In this document: positions 35,719 through 46,974 of the stretch, piece by piece | Numbering within the stretch: the stretch's first letter is position 1 | Layout of the letters: every line of letters starts with the position of its first letter | Position numbers and translations under genes: made by a program | Source of the DNA: Chiloscyllium plagiosum | Lineage: Eukaryota | Assembly: GCF_004010195.1 (NCBI RefSeq) | Contig: NC_057749.1 | Location: 18,330,488 to 18,393,581 of the forward strand | Direction of reading: 5' to 3' | Length of the DNA stretch: 63,094 bases | The notes under the pieces: generated by a model | What the model was told of the DNA's origin: nothing | The model's input: the letters and a program-made list of their open reading frames with translations, nothing else | Database searches by the model: none

Positions 35719-35999
35719 AGAATTCCCACAGTGTGGAAGCAGACCATTTGGCCTGTGAGTCCATACTAACCCTCTGAAGAGCATCCCAACCAGATTCAAC
35801 CCCTTGCCCTCTCCATGTAACTGCATTTCCCATGGCTAATCCACCTAACCTGCACATCTTTGGACTGAGGGAAAGCCGAGCACCTGGAAATATCCCACAA
35901 AGGCACTGGGAGAATGCTTGTGTGGAGTTTGCACAGTTGCCAGAGAGTGGAATCGAACGCAGGTTCCTGGCTCTGTGAGGCAGCAGTGCTAACCACTGA
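35719..35999 (-). mobile_element. HE1-type V-SINE
   Basis: Reverse complement of cagtggttagcactgctgcctcacag...V-domain...CR1-derived tail. Confidence 0.85.
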
Positions 36000-36385
36000 T
36001 TTCTCACTAGTTCTCTCGTGATCCAGCCTTCCTTACACTTACCAGCCTTGCCTTTCACACTAATAGGAACACACAGCCTCTGGATTCTTGTTATCTTGTT
36101 TTCGAAGGCCTCCCACTTTCCAGACTTCCCTTTACCTGCGAACATCTTCTCCCAGCAACGTTTGAAAGTACTTGCCTAATAATGTCAAAGTTGGCCTTAC
36201 TCCAATCTAAACTTTAATTTTTAGATCAGGTCTGTCCTTTTCCACAACTATCTTAAGACTAACAGAATTATGATCACTGGCCCTAAAGTGCTTCCCCACT
36301 GACACCTCAGTCTCTGCCTTATTTCCCAGGAGTTGGTTAAGTTTTGCTCCTTTCCCAGTATGTACATCCACATTCTGAATAAGAA
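36000..36385 (-). mobile_element. CR1 ORF2 fragment (endonuclease/tether region)
   Basis: EVSVGKHFRASDHNSVSLKIV and FAGKGKSGKWEAFE on the minus strand. Confidence 0.8.
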
Positions 36386-37224
36386 AGTGTTTTCTTTTTA
36401 TAAGCAATTTATTCTTTAAATTACCAAACAGATTCTGCATGTTTCTACTTTTAATGACAACTGAAAATTCCAGTTTCACGAGGCTATTCAGTCTCTGAAG
36501 TAGATATCCAATTCTTCTGGAACCAATCCAAAGTGCTCCACAAATCCTACGCATTTACTTTTATTCTCTTCCTTTTCCAGTATTATCTTACACTGTGAGA
36601 GCCAGCCTGGGATTCTCCCTTTAGCTCCGACCAGGCAGAACCTTCCAACCTTGTCTTAACTCCATAAAACCCAGTCTTCAAATTGATCACAAACTCCTAC
36701 TTGCATTTCTGCTTGGTAAGCAGTAGTGTTGGCACTTTGTATGCTTTTGATGCAGGCTTGTCTAATGTCCATCTTTTCATTGTCTATTTCATTGGTTTAG
36801 GCACACCAATTTGCAACTCCAGAACGGCCATGAGATGCCGAGGTTTATGGGAAGACTAACTTGATCTCAAAAGAAGTCACCTCTATCTCTTTGCCATGAC
36901 AGTGAAACATGCTTTGATTCTGGTTTGGCAGAAAGCTTATCAGCTGCTTCTGATTATAATGGTCTTACAATATCTTTGAAATAATTTCAGTGCATTATTT
37001 ATCATTTTGTGTTGTTATGTTCTTGTATATTCTGAACTTTTCAATCATACTTTAAAATTTTGAACACGAACACATTGCAGAATTTAGCAATCTTTGGTAT
37101 TTGGAGCTCTACACAGTTCTGGAGTTAATGAAATATACAAAAATCTGGCCATACAAAAATTCACTCCTTCCCTTTCACTCCTTCCTCATCATGCCGTCTC
37201 CCCAAGGACTTTTTAAAAAAAATT

Positions 37225-37528
37225 CAGTTACAGGGTTTGGGCATTGCCAGCTAGGCCAGGGCGCAATTAAATGTAAGCTGCATTGCTGGATGTCTGGTGT
37301 TCCTTCGAGGCCAGACGTAGGTAAGGATGGCAGATTTCCTTCCCTAAATGAAATTCTGAACTAGGTAGGTTTTTATGACAATTGATAATGATTAATATGC
37401 TATTTATTAGGCTAGGTTTTTATTGAATTCAAATTTCACCATCTACCATAGTGGATTTAATTTAAACTCCTGTCCCCAGAGTATTAACCTGGCCATTGGA
37501 TTATTAATTCAGCGATTAGAGCATGACC
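37225..37528 (-). mobile_element. tRNA-derived SINE with RTE-X-like tail
   Basis: ggtaaggatggcagatttccttccctaaa; gaattcaaatttcacc; tgtccccagag. Confidence 0.65.
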
Positions 37529-37534
37529 ACCAAC

Positions 37535-37801
37535 TATTCTTCCCCATCCCACACTCCACAATGGCTCCCTTCTAGCCCCGGTTTCTTTGCTGTTCCCCCT
37601 TTGCTCCTTTGCATACCTCCTGATTTCACCCTGCCTCCATTCTCCACTTGCCTCCAGCTTCTCCCCCATTTGCCTGCCTTCCCACACCCCGACTTTCCTC
37701 CCACTCCCTCTGTCCTACCACTTCTCCCTCCCATCACTTGTCTCTCTGTTTTCCCCCCTCCCAAAATCATCGCCTCCCTGTCAGCGTCTGTGTCTCTCCC
37801 T
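37535..37801. repeat. Pyrimidine-rich (C/T) low-complexity tract
   Basis: About 265 nt dominated by C and T on the + strand. Confidence 0.8.
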
Positions 37802-39399
37802 GAATAATGTACTATAAACAGGTGAAGGCAGACTGAAACATGGGAACAAAGCTGGCTGCTGGGAACCGGTGGGAGTCTCATCCACCTAATTGAGCACAGC
37901 AGACTGCTGCTGATCACATGACCAGTTACTCAGCTGAGCAGAGGAACCTTCTCTGAATTTTGAGGACAGCAGGCTGGTCCTGATCCACCATACGGGGGAG
38001 GGTTGTACTACATAAAGAAGGAATTGTTTTTCAGAAGACGTGATCTTGAAAGATTTTCATGAATGGAATAGATATATCGGTGTGTGGTTCCTGCGGGTGT
38101 TTTCAGTGCCTGAAATCCTGCAGTAGCTTACATTCACTCGCACCATTTTGAAATTGAAAGCATTTCAAAATGGTGGGTATGTGCATGCAGCAATCCATTG
38201 TAGACAAAATCTCTTTGTTATCAATTAAACATCAAGTATTAGAATTTCTGGCTTTTTACTGGAGAAATACTTCTACATTTTAAAGCACTGTGCATTTTAC
38301 CGTGGGAGATCTGAGAGTGGATATCAGTGTTCCAATCAAATTTCTCTGGTTCCTATTTGAGGATATCGCAGGCACAAAACTGGGATTAGCAAGCTGTGAT
38401 GCAGTCCATCTGTATTTAGCCTTTCATTTCATTTCAAAATCCTAGCATCCAGGACTCTGATTTTGCTAAAGTGGTATTGGCTGTCTCCAAGTCTGATGTT
38501 TATTAATGGATACAGCATGAATACCAGGACTAGATTCCAATGGCTGGCTCTCCGAATCCTCATGAACAGGAGCCAATATGTCCATACATCCGTGCTTTGC
38601 AGATGTCACTGGATAGCTGCTTTGTGAAATTAATTGTCAAACTGAAGCCATCTCATGCATTTTGCCCTGGTCAAGCTCAAATGTTAATGTGCAGCTGTGA
38701 TGACGTTTGATATCTATGTGTGGGAAGTTCAGCAGTTATTTTCATTGATCTGAAATATCCAGACAGTTCAGAGTCATCTTACTTTCCCTTGTGAGATCTA
38801 TGTAGAATTGCAGAATGCAAGTAAGGAGGGAATGAGTGAACCTTTTTAAGTTTGTAATATCAATGTCACGTTTGAGGATCTTAGTGAACAGGAATTTAAT
38901 TTTTTTCCCTCACTTGAGTAAATATTGGGTGATATGTGATTACTGTAGGTTTTCTGCAATCTATGCTCAAGTAAAAGTTGTTCAAAGCTTTTCAGGCCAT
39001 GTGTTTAAGGTCATCCAGTTTGTTTTTTCCAGTTACTTGTGTTTAAACAGGGGTGGGTCTGTCACGCTAATTTACCTGATCTGACATAACTTGGAACATA
39101 TATCAGATGGAGGATGCCTCTGTGTTGTGTTCAGAATGATGTTTTCCCAGGTCTCATGAAGCTGGTTGCAAATGTGATAGCATTGGATTTGCTAAGGCTG
39201 ATTGTTAAAACACACTGAGAAACTGGTGCAACAGACATAGGACTTGCACAATTTAAACTGTCCTGAAATGATGGAAAGTGCTGCACAGGAGGAGGGGATT
39301 TTCACTCATTCCCTCTCCCTGACTCCCTTGTTTAGTTTTAAATACAATTTGTTGCATATGCCATCTTCTGCAATCTCTACTTGTTGAGTGAGGAGGGGA

Positions 39400-40830
39400 G
39401 AAACAATATCTTCAAACCAAGTGTTTGAAAGTTGATATTAATATGCAAAAATATGCCTTTCTTCACCACAAACTGCCTTCTAGAGCCACTTTGTGTCTTT
39501 TTGTGCCACAATACTCCCACTGTTTCTAACATTGAACTCACCATGTTCTTTGATTTTATCCCATATCTTCCATTGCCCTCCGTGATGCACCTTCTCTCTG
39601 AATGCAATTCTGACCCAGCTGGTGAGCATTCAGCAGCTCTGGGCCCTATGTTAGTTGATGTTGTTGACAGTTCCCTTTTCTTGGGTCTCTTGACTCATCT
39701 CTAACTTCTCGTGTGTCCAAAAGCCCTTGACCGTTTTCTCTTCCCAAATCTGTATCCACCTTTCTTGTAGTTTCATATTTTGAATCTCTGGTCGGGTTTC
39801 TGGCCACATTACTGAAGCTGACCTTACTGAAGTCACTGATTTTCTTTGTGACTGTAACCATGGTAAACAATTCTTTTCAATATGGTTGACCCCAGCATCT
39901 TTTGATCAGCTTGGTGGAACTGCCTTTGCTTGTTTACACTCTTAACTAATTGAATCATTGATTCTCCTCCCATGCCTGCACTCATCTCTGTTGTCTTCTG
40001 TGGGTCTATGCTTGTTCCTTTCTGCTCATTCCAACCCATTATTCTGAAGAAAGAATCTCAAAGTCCTGTTTGACTTCTTGACTTTAGTTGCCACCTTCGA
40101 AGATGTGTGTGTATCTCCCCCTCCCTCGGTCTTTCTGTTCTCGGACTTCCTTTAAAATTAGTTTGTTCTTCCTACTCTAAGGTATCATTACACTTGATAA
40201 TTTTTTATCTGCCCATTTTAAGATCGTCTGCCTGTCATCCAGAAGTTTGTGACTATCCTTCACATTTTTCACTGTTTCCAATTTCATATCACCTACACAT
40301 TCTGCTCTGCATGCCTAATCCCAGCTCTGTAATGCATGTACAAAAGAACAATGGTCCTAATTTTAAAGATTTGTAATCTTTTCAGCAATATTATGTCCCT
40401 TTTTTCCCTTGCATGGTTCATGGCTAGATCCATTATTCACAAAAGATCTCAATTGAGACTATATTATCTTTAAAGTCAGTCATGAGCCAGACTTGCTTCA
40501 TCTTAATAACTTTGGATCAGAGCACGCTCTGTCCTCTCCCTCCTGATCTTTGTAATCTCCATCAACCTGTCAATTGTCCCACAACTCCACACTGCTCATC
40601 TGCATCCCTGATTTTCATCACACTATCATTGGTTGTTGTGCCTTCAGCTGCCTAGGCCCTAGGCTCTGGAATCCCCTGTGAAACTCTGCCTCTGCCTTGC
40701 TGTCTTCCTTTAAGCCACTCTGTCAGGAATTTTGGTCATCTTCGTATGTGACTTAGTATTGGATTTTGGCTGAAAATGTCTTGGGGAAGTTTTGTATGTT
40801 AAAGATGCTACGTAAATGCATCTTTTATTG
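39400..40830 (+). mobile_element. Degenerate L2 LINE (RT to 3' end)
   Basis: tttgaatctc...gggtttc...cacattactgaagc (FESxQSGFR..HSTE-like). gccttcagctgcctaggccctaggctctggaatccc and gttaaagatgctacgtaaatgca tail. Confidence 0.6.
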
Positions 40831-41679
40831 TTTCACAGTCGGCTGTGCAGTTTCTCTACTGCCCAGCTGTGAGTTGTGTTAATGTGGGATTGCCACCTTG
40901 CTGCCTGATTCTGTTGCATCACCTTCACTTATGAAAGGATTTATAGCATTATATCAGTGCTGGCTGAGAGAGCTCTTAATGACCAGTGGCTTAGGAGGCA
41001 GAGATTGTTCTGCTCTGGTTTACTGAAACTATTCTCCGTTGTGAGCTTGTTGGTGTGCAGGAGGAACTGGGATTTGCCAATGTTCAGTGAGTTGATCGGT
41101 TGTCAGTATAGTCTGGAAGAGAAAGAAGATACTTCCATTGTTACAGCATGTCATAGTTATAGGTCATCCAGTGAATGACTTGTTTGATTGTGGGTCTGTT
41201 GTAGAGTTGAAAAATGCAGCAGACAGTTTTTGTATAGCAAGATCTTAGCATTAACACTGAAGTAATGGCTACATCATGTATATTTGTTGAGATGCAATTA
41301 TTAACCAGGACATCAGGGAGAACTCACCTGCTCTTTTCCAAATGACATTGTGCAAATCTTTAAAACTGAATGGTCCTTGTACTGTAAGTCAAGAAATCTT
41401 AAATCCTCTACTGAGGCTCTTAATGTGGAATTATGCAGGTTTCCACTGCTCCTGATGCCATTTGGCCCATCTTGTCAGTATCAATTCTTGCTGTACAATC
41501 TCAGCCTGATCTGTTGCCCTGATCGTTCCCCACAGCCCCTTATTTGCGTCAATTTGTATCTCCTTTTCCCACTTACTAACATGGCACTCGGGTGGTGGGT
41601 GCAGTTTCCTTTGCACAACCTAGCCAAGTTAAAGCAATCAGTGACAAGACAGTGCACAGGAAAGAGAGAGCTTAGTGGC

Positions 41680-42347
41680 ATGGTTTAACGACAACAATCT
41701 CTCCCTCAATGTCAGCAAAATGAAGGAGCTGGTCATCGACCTCAGGAAGTGGAGCTGAGGTGGAGGTGGTTGAAAGCTTTAAGTTCCTAGGAATAAATAC
41801 CACCAACAATCTGTCCTGGTCCATCCACATCGATGCTACCGTCAAGAAAGCGCACCAACACCTCGAGTTCCTCTGAAGGCTAAGGAAATTTGGCATGTCC
41901 ACCATGACTCTTATCAATTTTTATGGATGCATCATAGAAAGCATCCTAATCAGATGCATCCCAGCTTGGTATGGCAACTGCTCTGCTCAAGTCTGAAAGA
42001 AATTAGAGAGTTGTAAACACAGCCCAGTCCATTCTGAAAATCTGCCGTTCTTCCATTGACTCTATCTACATCTTCTACTGCCTCAGGAAAGCAGCTAACA
42101 TAGTCAAAGATCCCCCCACTCTCTTCTATCGGGCAGAAAATAAAGAAGTTTGAAAACACGTACCAAATGATTCAAGAATAGCCTTTTCCCTGCTGTTATC
42201 GGCACCTTTTCTGTAGCTGTAACATTATATACTGTATTCTGCTCTAGTATCTGATGTACTCAGGTAAGGTATGATTTGTCTAGATAGCTTGCAATACAAT
42301 ATTTTTCACTGTATTCTGTACATGTGACAATACCAAATCAAATCAAG
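41680..42347 (+). mobile_element. Rex1/Babar LINE 3' fragment
   Basis: WFNDNNLSLNVSKMKELVIDLRK...FKFLG...NNLSWSIHID...LRKFGMS...FYGCIIESIL. Tail gtacatgtgacaataccaaatcaaatc. Confidence 0.9.
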
Positions 42348-42499
42348 ATTTGTCCTGTGTTCTATACAGGAGCAGAATTAGGCTATTCAGCTCATCGAAT
42401 CTCTCCACAATTCAATTGTGGCTGATATATTCCTGTACCTCATTTCACCTGCCTTCAATCTATAATCCTTATTTCCTTATCAATCTCTTACTTTCAATC

Positions 42500-42902
42500 A
42501 AGCAGCCTGTTTGATTGGCATTACATCCACAAGCACCCATTCCCTCCACTACTGACACTCAGTACATTCTGCAGCTACTATCTATAGGATGCACTGCAGA
42601 AATTCGTCAAAGATCCTCAGACAGCACCTTACAAAACCCCCGATAAGGGCTGCAGTTATATGGGAACACCACCACCTTCAGGTTCCCCTCCAAGTCACTC
42701 ACTGTCCTGACTTGGGAATGTATCATGATTCCTTCAATGTTTTTGGCTCAAAATCCTGGAATTCCCTCCCTAGTGGCATTGTGCGTCAACCCACAGCAGG
42801 TGGACTGCAGCACTTCAAGGCAGCAGCTCACCACCACCTTCTCAAGGGGCAACTGGGATGGGCAATAAATGCCCGCCAGCCAGCAATGCCTACATCCCAC
42901 AA
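42500..42902 (+). mobile_element. RTE-X-like LINE 3' end
   Basis: aagcagcctgtttgattggc...ggaattccctccc...gcagctcaccaccaccttctcaagggg...gggcaataaatgcc. The tail is shared with the SINE family. Confidence 0.65.
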
Positions 42903-43403
42903 AACAAATAATCAAGAACATAACTATCTCTGTCTTTAAATACACTCAATGGCCTGGCCTCCACAGCCTTCTGCGGCAATGCATTCCATAGGTTCGCCAC
43001 CCTCTGGCTGAAGAAATTCCACTTCATCTCAGTTCTAAAGGGCTGTCATGTCACTCTGAGACTGTGCCCTTGGGTCCTAGTGTCTCCTTCTGATGGAAAT
43101 ATCTACTCCATGTCCATTCAGTATTCTGTAATTTTCAATCAGACCTCCCTTCATCATTCTAAGCTCCCATTGAGCACAGACCCAGAGTCCTCAACTAATT
43201 CTCCTTCATCCCCAGATTTGTTGTTGTAAACCTCCTCTGGATCTCCTTCAACACCAGCACATCCATCCTTGGATATGGCCCTCAACACTGCTCACAATAT
43301 TCCAGATGCAGACTGACCAAAGCCTTATACAGCCTCAGCAGTACATCTCTGCTGTTTTGGCCCTCTTGCAGTAGATGCTACCATTGCATTTGCCTTCCTA
43401 ACT

Positions 43404-43644
43404 CTGGATTAGTGGTGCTGGAGGAGCACAGCAGTTCAGGCAGCATCTGAGGAGCAGTAAAATCGACGTTTCGGGCGTCACTTATCTCTCCACTCTTCAG
43501 GCTCTCTGCCTGTATTCCTGATGAAGGGCTTTTGCCCGAAACGTCGATTTTACTGTTCCTTGGATGCTGCCTGAACTGCTGTGCTCCTCCAGCACCACTA
43601 ATCCAGAATCTGGTTTCCAGCATCTGCAGTCATTGTTTTTTACC
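43404..43644 (+). mobile_element. Fold-back PLE-derived element with the best-preserved hammerhead-like core (43518-43545)
   Basis: Perfect 15-bp TSD TTTGCCTTCCTAACT (43389-43403 and 43645-43659). Inverted arms at about 43404-43476 and 43534-43606. CTGATGA-A-GGGC-TTTT-GCCC-GAAA-CGTC. Confidence 0.9.
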
Positions 43645-43847
43645 TTTGCCTTCCTAACTGCCAACTGAAAATTCATGTTAGAGAATCCTGAACTAGAACT
43701 CCCAAGTCCTTTTGTGCTTCAGATTTCCAAGCCTTTCCCCATTTAAAGTTGCCTACACTTCTGTTCTTTCTACCAAGGTTGGGTGAACTGGTCTATAATT
43801 TCCTGTCTTCTGCCTCTAGCCCTTTTTAAACAGGAGTGTTACATTTT

Positions 43848-45420
43848 GGATGTAGGTTTGCTCACTGAGCTGGAAGGTTCATTTCCAGATTTTGTTACCC
43901 TGCTAGCTAACATCTTCAGTGGGCCTCAGGCAAAGCATGCTGAAAATTCCTGCTTTCTATTTATATGTCTGGGTTTCTTTGGGTTAGTGATGTCATTTCC
44001 TGTGGTAAAGTCACTTCCTGTTCCTTTTCTCAGGGGGTGGTAGATGGGGTCTAATTCGATGTGTTTGTTGATAGATTAGATTCCCTACAGCGTGGAAACA
44101 GGCCCTTCGGCCCAACCAGTCCACACCGACACTCCGAAGAGTAACCCACACACACCCATCCCCCTCTGACTAATGCACCTAACACTATGGACAATTTAGC
44201 ATGGCCAATTTACCTGACCTGCACATCTTTGGACTGTGGGAGGAAACTGGAGCACCCGGAGGAACCCCACACAGACACGGGGAGAATGTGCAAACTCCAC
44301 ACAGACAGTTGCCCAAGGCTGGAATTGAACCTGGGATCCTGGTGCTGTGAGGCAGCAGTGCTAACCACTGAGCCACCGTGCCCTCCCCTGGTTGGAATGC
44401 CATGCTTCTATGAATTCTCGTGCGTGTCTTTGTTTGGCTTGTCCTAGGATGGATGTGTTGTCCCAGTCAAAGTGGTGTCCTTCCTTACCTGTATGTAAGG
44501 GATTAGTGAGAGAGGGTCATGTCGTTTTGTGGCTAGTTGATGTTCATGTATCCTGGTGGCTAGTTTTCTGCCTGTTTGTCCAATATAGTGTTTGTTACAG
44601 TCCTTGCATGATATTTTGTAAATGACATTAGTTTTGCTTGTTGTCTGTATAGGGTCTTTCAAGTTCATTAGCTGCTGTTTTAGTGTGTTGGTGGGTCTGT
44701 GGGCTACCATGATGCCAAGGGGTCTGAGTAGTCTGGCAGTCATTTCTGAGATGTCTTTGATGTAGGGGAGAGTGGCTAGGGTTTCTGGATGCGTTTTGTC
44801 TGCTTGTTTGGGTTTGTTGCTGAGAAATCGGCGGACTGTGTTCATTGGGTACCCATTCTTTTTGAATACATGTTATAGATGATATTCCTCTGCTCTGCAT
44901 AGTTCCTCTGTGCTGCAGTGTGTGTTGGCTCATTGAAGTAATGTTTTGATGCAGCTACGTTTGTGGGTGTTGGGATGATTGCTTCTGTAGTTCAATATTT
45001 GGTCCCTATTTATTGTTTTTCTGTAGACGCTGGTTTGAAGTTCCCTGTTGGTTGTTCACTCTACTGTGACATCTAGGAATGGCAGTTTGTTGTTGTTTTC
45101 CTCTTTAGTGAATTTTATGCCAGTCAGGGCATTATTGATGGTCTTGAAGGTTTCTTCTAACTTGTTTCGTTTAGTGATGACAAAGATGTCATCCACGCAG
45201 CGGGCCCAGAGTTTGGGTTGGATGGTTGGCAGAGCTGTTTGCTCAAGTCTCTGCATTACTGCCTCTGCTAAGAACCCTGATATCAAAGATCCCATGGGTG
45301 TTCCGTTGATTTTGTTGTTGAAGGTGAAGAGGGTGGTAATACATAGGTCGACTACCTTGATGATATTCTCCTTGTTGATGAAGTTAGTGGTGTTTGGTGT
45401 ATGTGTCTTTGGATCTTCTC
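43848..45420 (-). mobile_element. Penelope-like element (RT, GIY-YIG and pseudo-LTR), 5'-truncated, with an HE1 insertion
   Basis: PMGSLISG...WARCVDDIFVI...KLPFLDV (RT) and NVIYKISCKDCNKHYIGQTGRKLATRIHEH (GIY-YIG). The pLTR hammerhead core is decayed (GAAA to AAAA). Confidence 0.92.
44074..44382 (-). mobile_element. HE1-type V-SINE inserted in the Penelope element
   Basis: Full head ggcacggtggctcagtggttagc, V-domain and (aatct)n tail. Confidence 0.92.
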
Positions 45421-45756
45421 ATAGTGTAACATTAGCCATTTTTAGTCCTCTATGACCCTCCCTGGCTCGTGATTGCTGAAAGATCGCCTAATGCTTCCAC
45501 AATCTCCTTCAGAACTCTGGGATATATCCAGTTAGCTGAGGTGACTTATCCACCTTTGAATCTTTCAGCTTCCCTAGTGATGTTTACTACATCATCTTTG
45601 CCCCCTGACTCTGTCGAAGTTCTGGTAAGCTGTGAAGACTGATGCAAAATACATATTTAGTTCATCTCCCATTTCTTTGTTCCCCATTACTACTTCTCCA
45701 GCCTCATTTTCCAGAGGGCCCATGTCCAATCTTGCCTCTGTCTCATGTTTGATGTC

Positions 45757-45905
45757 CAGAGGAACCTCGATTATCCAGCATTTGATTATCCGGTAAGGTC
45801 CCGATGTTCGGCTAAACTATGTTATCCAGCATTCGATTATCTGGAATTCGATTAACTAGGTGAAATACTCCCCTCCTTTTCCTTTGGATAATCGAAGTTA
45901 CTCTA
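45757..45905. mobile_element. Tigger/pogo-like MITE
   Basis: 20-bp TIRs CAGAGGAACCTCGATTATCC / GGATAATCGAAGTTACTCTA (17/20). Internal GATTATC repeats. Confidence 0.75.
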
Positions 45906-46070
45906 TCTAAAACACCTCTGACAATATTACTCGCCAGTTTACTTTCATATTTCATTGTTTCCCTCCTTAGTGCTTTTTTAATTATCCTCTACTGATTTTA
46001 AAAGCTTTCCACTAAGATTCATCACATTGCATGCCTTTTGTTTTGCTTTTATGCTGTCTTCCTTTGTCAA

Positions 46071-46378
46071 GGCACGGTGGCACAGTGGTTAGCACTGCTG
46101 CCTCACAGCGCCAGAGACCTGGGTTCAGTTCCCGTCTCAGGCGACTCTCTGTGTGGAGTTTGCACATTCTCCCCGTGTCTGTGTGGGTTTCCTCCAGGTG
46201 CTCCGGTTTCCTCCTACAGTCCAAAGCGGTGCAGGTTAGGTGAATTGGCCATGCTAAATTTCCCGTAAAGTTAGGTGAAGGGGTAAATGTAGGGGTCTGT
46301 TGGGGTTGCGCTTCAGCGGGTCGGTGTGGACTTGTTGGGAAGGGCCTGTTTCCACACTATAAGTAATCTAATCTAATC
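46071..46378 (+). mobile_element. HE1-type V-SINE
   Basis: tRNA-like head, V-domain, gggcctgtttccacact and aatctaatct tail. Confidence 0.92.
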
Positions 46379-46974
46379 ATGTTGCATCATCCTACCTTGA
46401 GTATGTTTCTTCTTCCTTGAGATGAATTTCTGTTGTAGCTTCTGGATTACCTCCAGAAACTCCTGCCATTGCTGCTCCATTGTCTCTCCTGGTAGGCTCC
46501 CCTTCCAATCAACTCTGCCCAGCTCCCTCTCATGTTTTTGTAGTTATCTTTATGTTATGTAATGTCTTTACACCTGTTAGCAACTTCTCCCTTTCAAATT
46601 GCAGGGTGATTTCCATCATATTATGGTCACTACTCTCTAAGAGGGCCCCTTCACCTTCAGCTCCCCAAATCAAATCTGCCTCATTACATCTTATTGACCG
46701 AAAGCTGACAATAAGCAAAGACTATATCATGTCCTTCATTGCTGGGAAGGAGAATCTTCCTCATTTTGCCTGTTGACTTTCTTCAAATGCAATTTCAGTC
46801 TCTGCACCATGACTCAACTATTACCCAGAGTTGTGACAGAGCGACTGGTTCCACATGAGTGGCTGATCAGTGAGTATCCAGGCCCCGTGGAGGATGAAAA
46901 TTGCGAGAGGTGAAGCAGTATGAAAGAACAGAGTGAGATTGTTTTGATTGTTGTCCGGTTTACCCATTGACCAT

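Larger units (their letters stand above)
42360..43780 (-). mobile_element. CR1 LINE 3' region interrupted by an RTE-X-like end (42500-42900) and a fold-back element (43404-43644)
   Basis: aggagcagaattaggctattcagc tail; gaagaaattcc..ttcatctcagttctaaaggg; caacactgctcacaatattcc. Confidence 0.75.
45455..46680 (-). mobile_element. CR1 ORF2 fragments interrupted by a MITE and an HE1 SINE
   Basis: LESSDHNMMEITLQFEREK; aaatgaggctggagaagtagtaatggggaacaaagaaatgg. Confidence 0.7.

Noticed and set aside
43895..43925. Second Penelope hammerhead (minus strand) as an active ribozyme
   Set aside because: The GAAAC box reads AAAATC and stem II has a mismatch, so it is probably inactive.
46071..46150. tRNA-like heads of HE1 and other SINEs as tRNA genes
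   Set aside because: They run directly into SINE bodies and LINE-derived tails and lack a complete cloverleaf.
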